Source of the DNA: an uncultured bacterium
GTDB taxonomy: Bacteria; Bacteroidota; Bacteroidia; Bacteroidales; Muribaculaceae
Direction: 5' to 3'
Length of the DNA stretch: 51,121 nt
Assembly (NCBI GenBank): GCA_946184715.1
Contig: CAMHGU010000001.1
Coordinates: 1 to 51,121, forward strand
Shown: positions 1 to 8,607 of the stretch, one piece after another
Layout of the letters: each line of letters begins with the position of its first letter
Numbering within the stretch: the first letter of the stretch is position 1
Notes under the pieces: generated by a model
Told to the model about the DNA's origin: nothing
The model's input: the letters and a program-made list of their open reading frames with translations, nothing else
Databases searched by the model: none
Position numbers and translations under genes: made by a program

Positions 1-27
1 CATAGCAGTTGGCGCAGGGCGTGGCGC

Positions 28-2391
28 GTGGCGACCGCGCCGTGGCGGTGGTATGCCGGGCTGTACCGCGGCAAGCCGTGGTGGCGCAAGCTCCTGACGG
101 GCGTGGCCTCCTTCATTGTGTTTGTGGCGCTCTACTTCGGCGCGCTGGTAATCAACCTGTTCGGGCTTTTCGGCGGTATGCCGTCGAGCTACGACATTAT
201 GCACCCGGGCACCCCCGAGGCCTCCTATATATATAGCGCCGATTGCAAGCTGATAGGTAAGTTCTACACCGAGAATCGCACTCCGGTGAGCTACGAGGAG
301 ATCAACCCCGTGTTTTTCCAAGCGCTGATAGCCACTGAGGACGAGCGGTTCTACGAGCACAGCGGCATCGACTTCCGGGGCCTGCTCGCCGCGCTCAAAG
401 ACGCCCTCGGCGGCAAGCCCCGCGGCGCCTCGACCATCTCGCAGCAGCTCGTGAAGAATATGCTGCGCACCCGCAGCTACTCCACCGGCTACCTGGGCAA
501 GATACCCGGAATGCGCATCGTGGTGATGAAGAGCAAAGAGTGGCTCCTCGCGCTCCAGATTGAGTCGCACTACACGAAAAAGGAGATACTCACGATGTAC
601 GCCAACACGGTCGATTTCGGCAGCAATGTGTACGGCATCAAGACGGCTGCCAAGACCTACTTCAGCACCACGCCTGCCGAGCTTACCACCGAGCAGGCCG
701 CCGTGCTCGTGGGCTTGCTCCGCGCCACCACCTACTACAATCCCCGCATCAACCCCCGCAATAGCCTTTCGCGTCGCAATGTGGTGCTCGACAATATGCA
801 GCGGTGCGGCTTTCTGAGCGCCGACGAGTGCCGGCGCTGTCAAGCGCTGCCGCTCGAGCTGCACTTCGCGCCGGAGTCGCCCGTTGACGGCCTCGCCCCC
901 TATTTCAGGCAAGCCGTGGCCGCCTCGCTCCGCGACTGGAGCTCCGCCTCGGGCTACGACCTCTACCGCGACGGCCTCCGCATCTACACCACCATCGACA
1001 CCCGAATGCAGGCGATGGCCGAGCGCGCCGTCACTCAGCAGATGCGCACCCTCCAAGCCAGCTTCAACAGCCACTGGGCCGGACAAGACCCCTGGCGCGA
1101 CGAGCAAGGACACCTCATTCCCCACTTCATTGAGGATATAGTGCTGCGCAGCGACACCTATAAAGCCCTCGAAGCACGCTTCCCCGATGCCCCCGATTCC
1201 GTGGCCTACTATCTCAACCGGCCCCACGAAGTGAAGCTCTTCGACTACGACGGCGGCCACACCGCCGTGATGAGCACCATCGACTCGGTGCGCTATATGG
1301 TGAAGTTTCTCCACGCCGGCCTCGTGGCCGTGGAGCCTTACACCGGCCACGTCAAAGCCTGGGTGGGCGATGTGGACTTCAACGCCTGGAACTACGACAA
1401 GGTGACCGCCCAGCGCCAGCCCGGCTCCACCTTCAAGCTCTTCGTCTATACCACGGCGATGAACTACGGCTACTCGCCCCGCGACTTTATGGTCGATGAA
1501 CCCGTGACCTGGAGCTTCACCGACAAGGAGGGGCACCACACCTGGAACCCTCAGAACGCCTCGGGGCGCTGCACCGGCGACTCCATCACCATACGCGCGG
1601 CCTTCGCCCGGAGCGTCAACACCGTGGCCGTGCGACTGTGCCAGCGCTTCGGCCCCCGCAACGTGGCCAATGTGGCGCGCGATATGGGCATCAAGTCGCC
1701 CCTGAAAGGCTCGCCGCAGATTGCCCTCGGCGCCGAGGACGTCAACCTGCTCGAGCTTGTCGATGGCTACTGCACCGTGGCCAATGGCGGCCGACAAGTG
1801 GACCCTGTGCTCGTCACCCGCATCTACGACCGCCACGGCAACGAGATCTACAGCTCCAAGCTCGTGAGCAACGGCTCCATACCCAAGCGGTCGGCCTTCC
1901 TGATGCAGCAGCTGCTGCTTGCCGGCCTTACCGAGACCGGCGGCACCTCGGGCGCCCTCTGGCAGTATGTGCGCCCCTATAGCGGCGACACCGACTTCGG
2001 CGGCAAGACCGGCACCAGCAGCAACTACAGCGACGCCTGGTTTATGGCCGTCACGCCCAAGCTCGTGGTGGGCGCCTGGGTGGGCGGCGAGTATCGCAGC
2101 ATTCACTTCCGCTCAGGCGCGCTGGGGCAGGGGAGCCGCACCGCCTTGCCTATGTGCGGCCTCTTCCTGCAGCAGCTCCTCGCCGACGCCCATTTCTCGC
2201 GCTACCGCTGCCGATTCCCCTCGCCGCCTATGACAGTCAACGAAGAGGAGTACAAATTCGACAACTACGAGCCGGGCCATCGCCCCGATAGCGACTCATT
2301 GCCCGCATATATCGACTCCCTGCTCCTCGCCGACCCCGCCTACGACGAGTATTTCGCCCCCTACGAGCAGGAACAAGCCCCGGCTCACTGA
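28..2391 (+). CDS. mrcA: Class A penicillin-binding protein (PBP1A-type bifunctional peptidoglycan glycosyltransferase/transpeptidase)
   Basis: 787-aa ORF with an N-terminal TM helix. Glycosyltransferase motifs EDERFYEHSGID and GASTISQQL. Transpeptidase motifs STFK (SxxK), SVN (SxN) and KTGTS. The listed start is GTG and the frame stays open back to nt 1, so the true start may lie upstream of the window. Confidence 0.9.
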   Translation: MATAPWRWYAGLYRGKPWWRKLLTGVASFIVFVALYFGALVINLFGLFGGMPSSYDIMHPGTPEASYIYSADCKLIGKFYTENRTPVSYEEINPVFFQALIATEDERFYEHSGIDFRGLLAALKDALGGKPRGASTISQQLVKNMLRTRSYSTGYLGKIPGMRIVVMKSKEWLLALQIESHYTKKEILTMYANTVDFGSNVYGIKTAAKTYFSTTPAELTTEQAAVLVGLLRATTYYNPRINPRNSLSRRNVVLDNMQRCGFLSADECRRCQALPLELHFAPESPVDGLAPYFRQAVAASLRDWSSASGYDLYRDGLRIYTTIDTRMQAMAERAVTQQMRTLQASFNSHWAGQDPWRDEQGHLIPHFIEDIVLRSDTYKALEARFPDAPDSVAYYLNRPHEVKLFDYDGGHTAVMSTIDSVRYMVKFLHAGLVAVEPYTGHVKAWVGDVDFNAWNYDKVTAQRQPGSTFKLFVYTTAMNYGYSPRDFMVDEPVTWSFTDKEGHHTWNPQNASGRCTGDSITIRAAFARSVNTVAVRLCQRFGPRNVANVARDMGIKSPLKGSPQIALGAEDVNLLELVDGYCTVANGGRQVDPVLVTRIYDRHGNEIYSSKLVSNGSIPKRSAFLMQQLLLAGLTETGGTSGALWQYVRPYSGDTDFGGKTGTSSNYSDAWFMAVTPKLVVGAWVGGEYRSIHFRSGALGQGSRTALPMCGLFLQQLLADAHFSRYRCRFPSPPMTVNEEEYKFDNYEPGHRPDSDSLPAYIDSLLLADPAYDEYFAPYEQEQAPAH

Positions 2392-2408
2392 CCTTGTGGC
2401 TTTCGGGC

Positions 2409-3359
2409 CTATTTTACTAAGTCGTTATAAATAAGATAGATGCCTCCGGCCGCTATGCCCACCACCACAAGCGACGTCACAATAGCGGTGACTATCAGGT
2501 AGCAGAGCATTCGCCAGCCGCCATAGCCCGAGAACTGCTTCAGCGATATAAACAACTGGACAAACGCCAGCAGCCGCAGCACCGAAAAGCCCAAGAAGTT
2601 GCCCGCGATAGAGAAGATACTGAAAGCATTGGCGGTATAGACCAGCGCGATGATAAATTCGGGAAACAGCAATCCCTTGCTATTGGGTGCCTTGCGCAGG
2701 AAAAAGTAGAGCGGAAGGAAGAACAGCACCAGAGCCGTCAGGGCAAAGATGGCCGGATTCTTTGTGCGCAGCTTATTGAGCGACTTCCCCACCTTCACTC
2801 CGGTGTAGTACAACGGCGATTCCACGGTGTGGCCGTTGATGACCAGGTGCTTGCCGGTTCGGTCATTGGTTACTTTCTCCACAACCTCAATCTCGTGCTG
2901 GCTGGATTGCGATATGGTGTTGCGCGCGTCGGGGTCGAGCGTGCAGCCGTGCTCAACCAGCAGAGCCAGCGCCGCCATAATAAAGAACAGCTTGAACGGC
3001 GGGAAATAAGCCGACTGCATACCGCTTATGTAGTCGCGGATCAAAAATCCCGGGCGCAGCACCAAGTCGCGCAAGGTGCGAAACATACTCCGATTGCCGA
3101 AACCCCACACGTCGAGAAACTGCATCACCGCTTTCTTGAATGAGAATCGGCCCACCGAAGCGGCCTGCCCGCAGCGCGGGCAGTAGTTGCCGCCATAGCG
3201 GGTGCCGCACGACGCGCACTCGTGCTTCGCGGCCGACATCGGTGCAAGCCTCGGCCTGCGACGCTGCCACATCCTGAATGTGCGCCACAGCGCTTTGCGC
3301 TTCGAGGCATTGGTAATATATCCCATCGCTTTCATCTCTACCATCGCAAATTTCAGCAA
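2409..3359 (-). CDS. DUF3667-like membrane protein with N-terminal zinc ribbon
   Basis: 316-aa ORF convergent with PBP1A. It has a CxxC-x11-CxxC ribbon ([18 protein letters not shown]) followed by several hydrophobic helices. The family name is from memory of this architecture. The exact start among several N-terminal Met codons is uncertain. Confidence 0.6.
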   Translation of the reverse strand: MLKFAMVEMKAMGYITNASKRKALWRTFRMWQRRRPRLAPMSAAKHECASCGTRYGGNYCPRCGQAASVGRFSFKKAVMQFLDVWGFGNRSMFRTLRDLVLRPGFLIRDYISGMQSAYFPPFKLFFIMAALALLVEHGCTLDPDARNTISQSSQHEIEVVEKVTNDRTGKHLVINGHTVESPLYYTGVKVGKSLNKLRTKNPAIFALTALVLFFLPLYFFLRKAPNSKGLLFPEFIIALVYTANAFSIFSIAGNFLGFSVLRLLAFVQLFISLKQFSGYGGWRMLCYLIVTAIVTSLVVVGIAAGGIYLIYNDLVK

Positions 3360-3508
3360 TAATTATGACTTTTGCAATAGGTGCAGAGCTCATATTGAGA
3401 ATTAGGGCGGCGACCGGCGCGCATATTAATAGGTGTTTATGGCACTGTTTTCGCAAAAAATTACTAATTTCGCAAGCTGAAACCGATATAACTATAATAC
3501 TTGACGAT

Positions 3509-6136
3509 ATGAACGAATTAGCCACCAAATACGACCCCTCTGAAGTGGAGGAGAAATGGTACAAATACTGGATGGAGCATAAGCTATTCCGCTCGGTGCC
3601 CGATGAGCGCCAGCCTTACACCATAGTGATACCGCCGCCCAATGTCACCGGCGTGCTCCACATGGGCCATATGCTCAACAACACCATTCAGGATATCCTC
3701 ATACGCCGCGCCCGCATGGAGGGGAAAAACGCCCTCTGGGTGCCCGGGACCGACCACGCCTCGATAGCCACCGAGGCCAAGGTGGTGAATAAGCTCGCTC
3801 AGGAAGGCGTCAAGAAGACCGACCTCACCCGCGAGCAGTTCCTCACCCACGCCTGGGAGTGGACCCACAAGCACGGCGGCATCATTCTCGAGCAGCTCAA
3901 GAAGCTCGGCGCCTCGTGCGACTGGGACCGCACATCGTTCACGATGGACGAGGTGCGCTCCGAGAGCGTCATCAAGGTGTTTGTCGACCTCTACAATAAG
4001 GGCCTCATATATCGCGGCGTGCGTATGGTCAACTGGGACCCCGCCGCCCTCACCGCTCTCAGCGACGAGGAGGTAATATATAAGGAGGAACACAGCAAGC
4101 TGTTCTATCTCCGCTATCGCATCGTGGGCGACGAAGAGAAGTATATCGTGGTGGCCACCACACGCCCCGAGACCATTCTGGGCGATACCGCCGTGTGTGT
4201 CAATCCCCACGACGAGCGCTATCAGTGGCTTAAGGGCAAGAAGGTGACGGTGCCGCTCGTAGGCCGCGAGGTGCCCATCATTATGGACGACTACGTGGAG
4301 ATGGAGTTCGGCACAGGCTGCCTCAAGGTCACTCCCGCCCACGACGTCAACGACTATATGCTCGGTGAGAAGTACAACCTGCCCTCGATCGACATCTTCA
4401 ACGACAACGGCACCATCAGCCCCGCCGGCGGCCTCTACGTGGGTATGGACCGCTTCGAGGTGCGCCGCGTCATCACCGCCGACCTCGAGAAGGCCGGCCT
4501 CCTCGAGAAGGTGGAAGACTACGACAACAAGGTGGGCTACTCCGAGCGCACCAACGTGGTGATAGAGCCTAAGCTCTCGATGCAGTGGTTCCTCAAGATG
4601 GAGCAGCTCGCCAAGCCCGCCCTTCAAGCCGTGATGACCGACGACGTGGCCTTCGTGCCCGCCAAGTTCAAGAACACCTATCGCCACTGGATGGAGAACG
4701 TCAAGGACTGGTGCATCTCGCGCCAGCTCTGGTGGGGACACCGCATTCCCGCCTACTTCCTCCCCGAGGGCGGCTACGTGGTGGCCGAGAACGTGGAGAA
4801 AGCCGTAGAGCTCGCCCGTGCCAAGACCGGCAACGACGCCCTCACCGCAGCCGACCTCCGTCAGGACGAAGACTGCCTCGACACCTGGTTCTCCTCGTGG
4901 CTCTGGCCCATCTCCCTCTTCGACGGTATCCGCAACCCCGACAACGACGAGATACGCTACTACTATCCCACCACCGACCTCGTCACCGCCCCTGATATCA
5001 TCTTCTTCTGGGTGGCTCGTATGATTATCGCCGGCTACGAATATCGCGGCACCTTCCCCTTCAAGAACGTGTACTTCACCGGTATCGTGCGCGACAAGCT
5101 CGGCCGCAAGATGTCGAAGTCGCTCGGCAACTCGCCCGACCCCATCAAGCTGATGGAGCGCTTCGGCGCCGATGGCGTGCGTATGGGACTTATGCTCGCC
5201 GCCCCCGCCGGCAACGATATCCTCTACGACGATTCGCTCTGCGAGCAGGGTCGCAACTTCAACAATAAGATATGGAACGCTTTCCGCCTCGTCAAAGGGT
5301 GGGAGAGTGCCGACATAGAGCAGCCCGAGAGCAGCCGCATCGCCATCGAGTGGTTCCGCTCCGTGCTCAACAAAGCTGCCGCCGAAATGGCCGAGCACTT
5401 CGCCAAGTTCCGCATCAGCGACGCCCTGATGACCGCCTACAAGCTCTTCTGGGACGACTTCTCGTCGCTCTACCTCGAGGCCGTGAAGCCCGCTTATCAG
5501 CAGCCCATCGACAAGGCCACGCTGGCCGCCACCCTCGATTACTTCGACTCGCTGCTGCGCCTGCTCCACCCCTTTATGCCGTTTATCACCGAAGAGCTGT
5601 GGCAGCACATCAGCCAGCGTGCCGAGGGCGAGAGCATTATGTACGCCGCGATGCCGCAAGGCGGGCCCGTCGATGAGAAGCTCCTTGCCGACGTAGCCGC
5701 TGCCTCCGAGATCATCGCCGGAGTGCGCACCGTGCGCCTCCAGAAGAATATCCCCAACCGCGAAGTCCTCACCCTGCAGGTGCTCGGCGAGCCATCGGTG
5801 CCCGCCCTCCCCATCGTGATGAAGCTCGCCAATGTGGACAAGGTGGAGGGTATCGAAGCCGAAGACCCCACAGCCGCCGCATTCCTCGTGGGCACCGTGC
5901 GCTACAGCGTGCCCTTAGGCAACAACGTCAACGTCGAGGCCGAAATCGCCAAGCAAGAGACCGAGCTGGAGTATCTGCAAGGCTTCCTCACCTCAATCGA
6001 GCGCAAGCTCGGCAACCAGAACTTCGTGGCCCGCGCTCCCGAGAAGGTCGTTGAGGCCGAGCGCAAGAAGAAAGCCGACGCCGAAGCCAAGATAGCCTCG
6101 CTCCAAGCCTCCCTCGCCAAGCTCCGCAGCCTGTAA
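3509..6136 (+). CDS. valS: Valine--tRNA ligase
   Basis: Class I aaRS motifs [13 protein letters not shown] (HIGH-type) and KMSKSLGN, plus a C-terminal coiled-coil tail. I place the start at ATG 3509 ([18 protein letters not shown]). The ORF-track start at 3365 adds 48 non-conserved residues across the divergent promoter region. Confidence 0.95.
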   Translation: MNELATKYDPSEVEEKWYKYWMEHKLFRSVPDERQPYTIVIPPPNVTGVLHMGHMLNNTIQDILIRRARMEGKNALWVPGTDHASIATEAKVVNKLAQEGVKKTDLTREQFLTHAWEWTHKHGGIILEQLKKLGASCDWDRTSFTMDEVRSESVIKVFVDLYNKGLIYRGVRMVNWDPAALTALSDEEVIYKEEHSKLFYLRYRIVGDEEKYIVVATTRPETILGDTAVCVNPHDERYQWLKGKKVTVPLVGREVPIIMDDYVEMEFGTGCLKVTPAHDVNDYMLGEKYNLPSIDIFNDNGTISPAGGLYVGMDRFEVRRVITADLEKAGLLEKVEDYDNKVGYSERTNVVIEPKLSMQWFLKMEQLAKPALQAVMTDDVAFVPAKFKNTYRHWMENVKDWCISRQLWWGHRIPAYFLPEGGYVVAENVEKAVELARAKTGNDALTAADLRQDEDCLDTWFSSWLWPISLFDGIRNPDNDEIRYYYPTTDLVTAPDIIFFWVARMIIAGYEYRGTFPFKNVYFTGIVRDKLGRKMSKSLGNSPDPIKLMERFGADGVRMGLMLAAPAGNDILYDDSLCEQGRNFNNKIWNAFRLVKGWESADIEQPESSRIAIEWFRSVLNKAAAEMAEHFAKFRISDALMTAYKLFWDDFSSLYLEAVKPAYQQPIDKATLAATLDYFDSLLRLLHPFMPFITEELWQHISQRAEGESIMYAAMPQGGPVDEKLLADVAAASEIIAGVRTVRLQKNIPNREVLTLQVLGEPSVPALPIVMKLANVDKVEGIEAEDPTAAAFLVGTVRYSVPLGNNVNVEAEIAKQETELEYLQGFLTSIERKLGNQNFVARAPEKVVEAERKKKADAEAKIASLQASLAKLRSL

Positions 6137-6151
6137 TCCCCTTACAACCCA

Positions 6152-6742
6152 ATGAGCGACAAAGATCGATACATAATATCAGGTTGCAATGGCGCGGGTA
6201 AAACCACGGCCGCCGGCACTTTGTTGCCGATGTCATACAAGTGTATAGAGTTTGTCAACGCTGATGAGATAGCCAGAGGAATATCGCCATTTAACCCTAC
6301 TGCAGTTGCCATTGAAGCAGGGAAGATAATGCTTAATAGGATTCGTGAACTCTTGTCTGATAATCTTTCTTTTGCTATTGAGACCACTCTTGCCGCAAAA
6401 AGCTATGTAAATCTAATCGAAGAAGCTCAAGTTCACGGATATAAAGTGACGTTGGTGTATTTTTGGCTAAAATCTACGCAATTGGCTTGCCGAAGGGTCG
6501 CAAAAAGGGTTTCTTTAGGAGGTCATGACATCCCCCGGCAAGATATTATAAGGCGCTATTATAGGGGGATTGACAATTTCTTCAATCTGTACAAAGGTAT
6601 TGTCGATTCTTGGATGCTTGTTGATAATAGTGTCTCCCCAAGAGAGCTGATTGCTTATGGCGGTCGCGACAAGGAGGAAGTGATTTTAAACGAGATTAAA
6701 TTTATAATGGTAAAACAAAATGTCGGGCGAAGAATTAGATAG
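6152..6742 (+). CDS. Zeta-toxin-like / COG4185-type P-loop kinase (putative toxin)
   Basis: 196 aa with Walker A GCNGAGKTT at nt 6182-6208. Size and layout fit small zeta-like P-loop kinases. It lies in a 40 % G+C segment (hand count of 6301-6400), against 64 % in the adjacent valS 3' end (6001-6100). Confidence 0.55.
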   Translation: MSDKDRYIISGCNGAGKTTAAGTLLPMSYKCIEFVNADEIARGISPFNPTAVAIEAGKIMLNRIRELLSDNLSFAIETTLAAKSYVNLIEEAQVHGYKVTLVYFWLKSTQLACRRVAKRVSLGGHDIPRQDIIRRYYRGIDNFFNLYKGIVDSWMLVDNSVSPRELIAYGGRDKEEVILNEIKFIMVKQNVGRRIR

Positions 6743-6956
6743 AGTTGTAAAAACCACTATGGAGGGCTTGCAACTGGCCGAGATAGCGATGCTTGAAGAG
6801 AAAGCAAGCCGTGGCGACTACATCATTGTGTCAGGCAAGAGAGGTGGAGTGATGAAGCTCTCCGCTGCCGAGGCGTATAAGAATGCTTATCCCAAAGAGT
6901 ATAAGCGTTTTGTAGCCAAGCGCAAGAAGGTCTTGGAACAGATGGCTAAATTGTGA
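6720..6956 (+). CDS. Small hypothetical protein, possible partner/antitoxin of the zeta-like kinase
   Basis: 78-aa charged helical-looking ORF. It overlaps the upstream gene by 23 nt, and its TGA stop overlaps a GTG (GTGA at 6953-6956) in the kinase frame. It shares the AT-rich composition of 6152-6742. No motif was recognised. Confidence 0.4.
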   Translation: MSGEELDRVVKTTMEGLQLAEIAMLEEKASRGDYIIVSGKRGGVMKLSAAEAYKNAYPKEYKRFVAKRKKVLEQMAKL

Positions 6957-6985
6957 CTTATAACTCCAAAAAAGAACTGCGAATT

Positions 6986-8269
6986 ATGAGCGACGTCAAT
7001 CAGCAATCGATGCTGCCGATAGGCACCGTGGTGGGCGGGCGTTACCGCATCGTCCGCTACCTGTCGAGTGGCGGTTTCGGCAACACCTACGAAGCCGAAC
7101 ACACCGACCTCGGCAACCGCTGCGCCATCAAGGAGTACTTCGTCGACGGGATGACCCATCGCGGCGACAACGGCCTCTCGGTGGAGGTGAGCAACACCCA
7201 GAACCTCAACATCTACAATAGCCAGCTCGATAAGTTTCGCCAAGAGGCGCAGCTGCTCAACAAGATGCAGCACCCCGGCATAGTGCGTGTGCACGACCTC
7301 TTCGTCGATAACCAGACGGCCTACTATGCGATGGACATCATTGAGGGCCAGTCGCTCGCGGCAATCCTCAAGCAGAATGGCCCGCTCTCGGAGCAGCAAG
7401 CGCTGCGCTACATCAGCCAAGTGCTCGACGCACTGGCCTATGTACACTCCCGCGGCTTGCTCCACCTCGACATCAAGCCCGGCAACATAATGATCGACCG
7501 CACCACCGACCGCGCCGTCCTCATCGACTTCGGCGCCACCAAGCAGTTCGACCGCTCCAGCACCGGTTTCAGCTCCACCGCCCCGGCCTTCACCAAAGGC
7601 TACGCCCCTCCGGAGCAGATCAACTATAACAAGGTGAAGATAGGCCCGTGGACCGACCTCTATGCCCTCGGCGCCACCCTCTTCACCCTCACCACCGGTG
7701 AGTTCCCGCCCCTCTCCGACGACATCACCGATTACGAGGACGCCGCATTCCGTTTTGCCGCCGATGCCACCCCCGCCTTCCGCCGGCTCGTAGTGTGGCT
7801 GATGCAGCAACCCACCAAGCGCCGCCCCCAGTCCGTCCCCGAGGTCCTCCAATTGCTCGCTCCCGGAAAAGCCGAGCCGGAAGGCCCTACCCACGAGCCG
7901 AAGTCTCTACGCCAAAGAGCAGAAGAAGGCGACCCCGCAGCGCAAAATCAACTTGGAACTTGTTACTATGATGGCGATGGGGTTGAGCAAGACTATGCAG
8001 AAGCCGTCAAGTGGTTCCGAAAAGCGGCCGAGCAAGGGTTTGCTTGGGGTCAATACAACCTCGGTGAATGTTACTATAAAGGCAAAGGAGTTGAGCAAGA
8101 CTATGCCGAAGCAGTTAAATGGTATCGAAAAGCAGCCGAGCAAGGACATGTAAAGGCTCAAGAACAACTTAAAGAGGTTGAAAATAAGCCCGAAGAGCTG
8201 AATTGGCTTATTGTACTATTAGTATTGTATATAGTGCTCATCGTTATTATCGGTTCTATCATAAGTTAG
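6986..8269 (+). CDS. Hanks-type Ser/Thr protein kinase fused to Sel1 (SLR) repeats and a C-terminal TM anchor
   Basis: Gly-loop-like SSGGFGNTY, catalytic-Lys context AIKEY, catalytic loop HLDIKPGNIMI (7463-7495), DFG, and an APE-like PPE. Two 36-aa Sel1 repeats follow (GVEQDYAEAVKW[FY]RKAAEQG, DNA period 108 nt from about 7979). The terminal hydrophobic stretch is LIVLLVLYIVLIVIIGSII. ATG 6986 is preferred over GTG 6953. Confidence 0.85.
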   Translation: MSDVNQQSMLPIGTVVGGRYRIVRYLSSGGFGNTYEAEHTDLGNRCAIKEYFVDGMTHRGDNGLSVEVSNTQNLNIYNSQLDKFRQEAQLLNKMQHPGIVRVHDLFVDNQTAYYAMDIIEGQSLAAILKQNGPLSEQQALRYISQVLDALAYVHSRGLLHLDIKPGNIMIDRTTDRAVLIDFGATKQFDRSSTGFSSTAPAFTKGYAPPEQINYNKVKIGPWTDLYALGATLFTLTTGEFPPLSDDITDYEDAAFRFAADATPAFRRLVVWLMQQPTKRRPQSVPEVLQLLAPGKAEPEGPTHEPKSLRQRAEEGDPAAQNQLGTCYYDGDGVEQDYAEAVKWFRKAAEQGFAWGQYNLGECYYKGKGVEQDYAEAVKWYRKAAEQGHVKAQEQLKEVENKPEELNWLIVLLVLYIVLIVIIGSIIS

Positions 8270-8435
8270 CTTTTTGAAAGCACCTAATCATTGTGGGTGG
8301 TAATGGAGTGGGCGGGGTTGACACGAAATTAAAGTTTGAAAGGAAAGAGGGGAGGGAAGTTACGGAACAGAAATTTTTTAGGGGCTAAAACCGAAATTTG
8401 TTCAGAAAATTTTAGGTTTTATGCTATAAAACATA

Positions 8436-8443
8436 TAAATTTG
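8436..8443 (+). promoter_or_regulatory. Candidate Bacteroides-type -7 box (TAAATTTG) upstream of susC
   Basis: Exact match to the Bacteroides primary-sigma -7 consensus TAnnTTTG, in an AT-rich 330-nt intergenic region. There is only a TTTA at the -33 position (8411-8414). Confidence 0.3.
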
Positions 8444-8607
8444 CACTCAAATTCGCTCAACGTGAGGGCTGCTTGTGTCCGCATGGGGGCATATCTGTTA
8501 TTAGCGCTTAGCCTATGGCGCTAATTGACAACAATTTAAGGAGGCAGCGAAAGGTCGCTGCCGCGAAGAGAAGAAAATATTTTATTAATAATTATTAGAT
8601 AGTGTTT

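Noticed and set aside
3365-3508. 48-codon N-terminal extension of valS suggested by the ORF track
   Set aside because: The extension runs through the AT-rich divergent promoter region and has no valS-like sequence. The conserved N-terminus begins at ATG 3509.
3584-5659. 691-aa ORF on the minus strand inside valS
   Set aside because: It lies entirely antisense to a motif-verified valS. Its composition is low-complexity G/V/A/E/H-rich, typical of shadow ORFs in high-GC DNA. No motif was recognised.
7979-8145. 108-nt direct DNA repeat
   Set aside because: It is the coding duplication of the two Sel1 repeats inside the kinase gene, not an independent non-coding repeat.
8336-8524. 62-aa ORF upstream of susC
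   Set aside because: It has an alternative start codon in an AT-rich promoter/leader region, its sequence is low-complexity and it has no motif.
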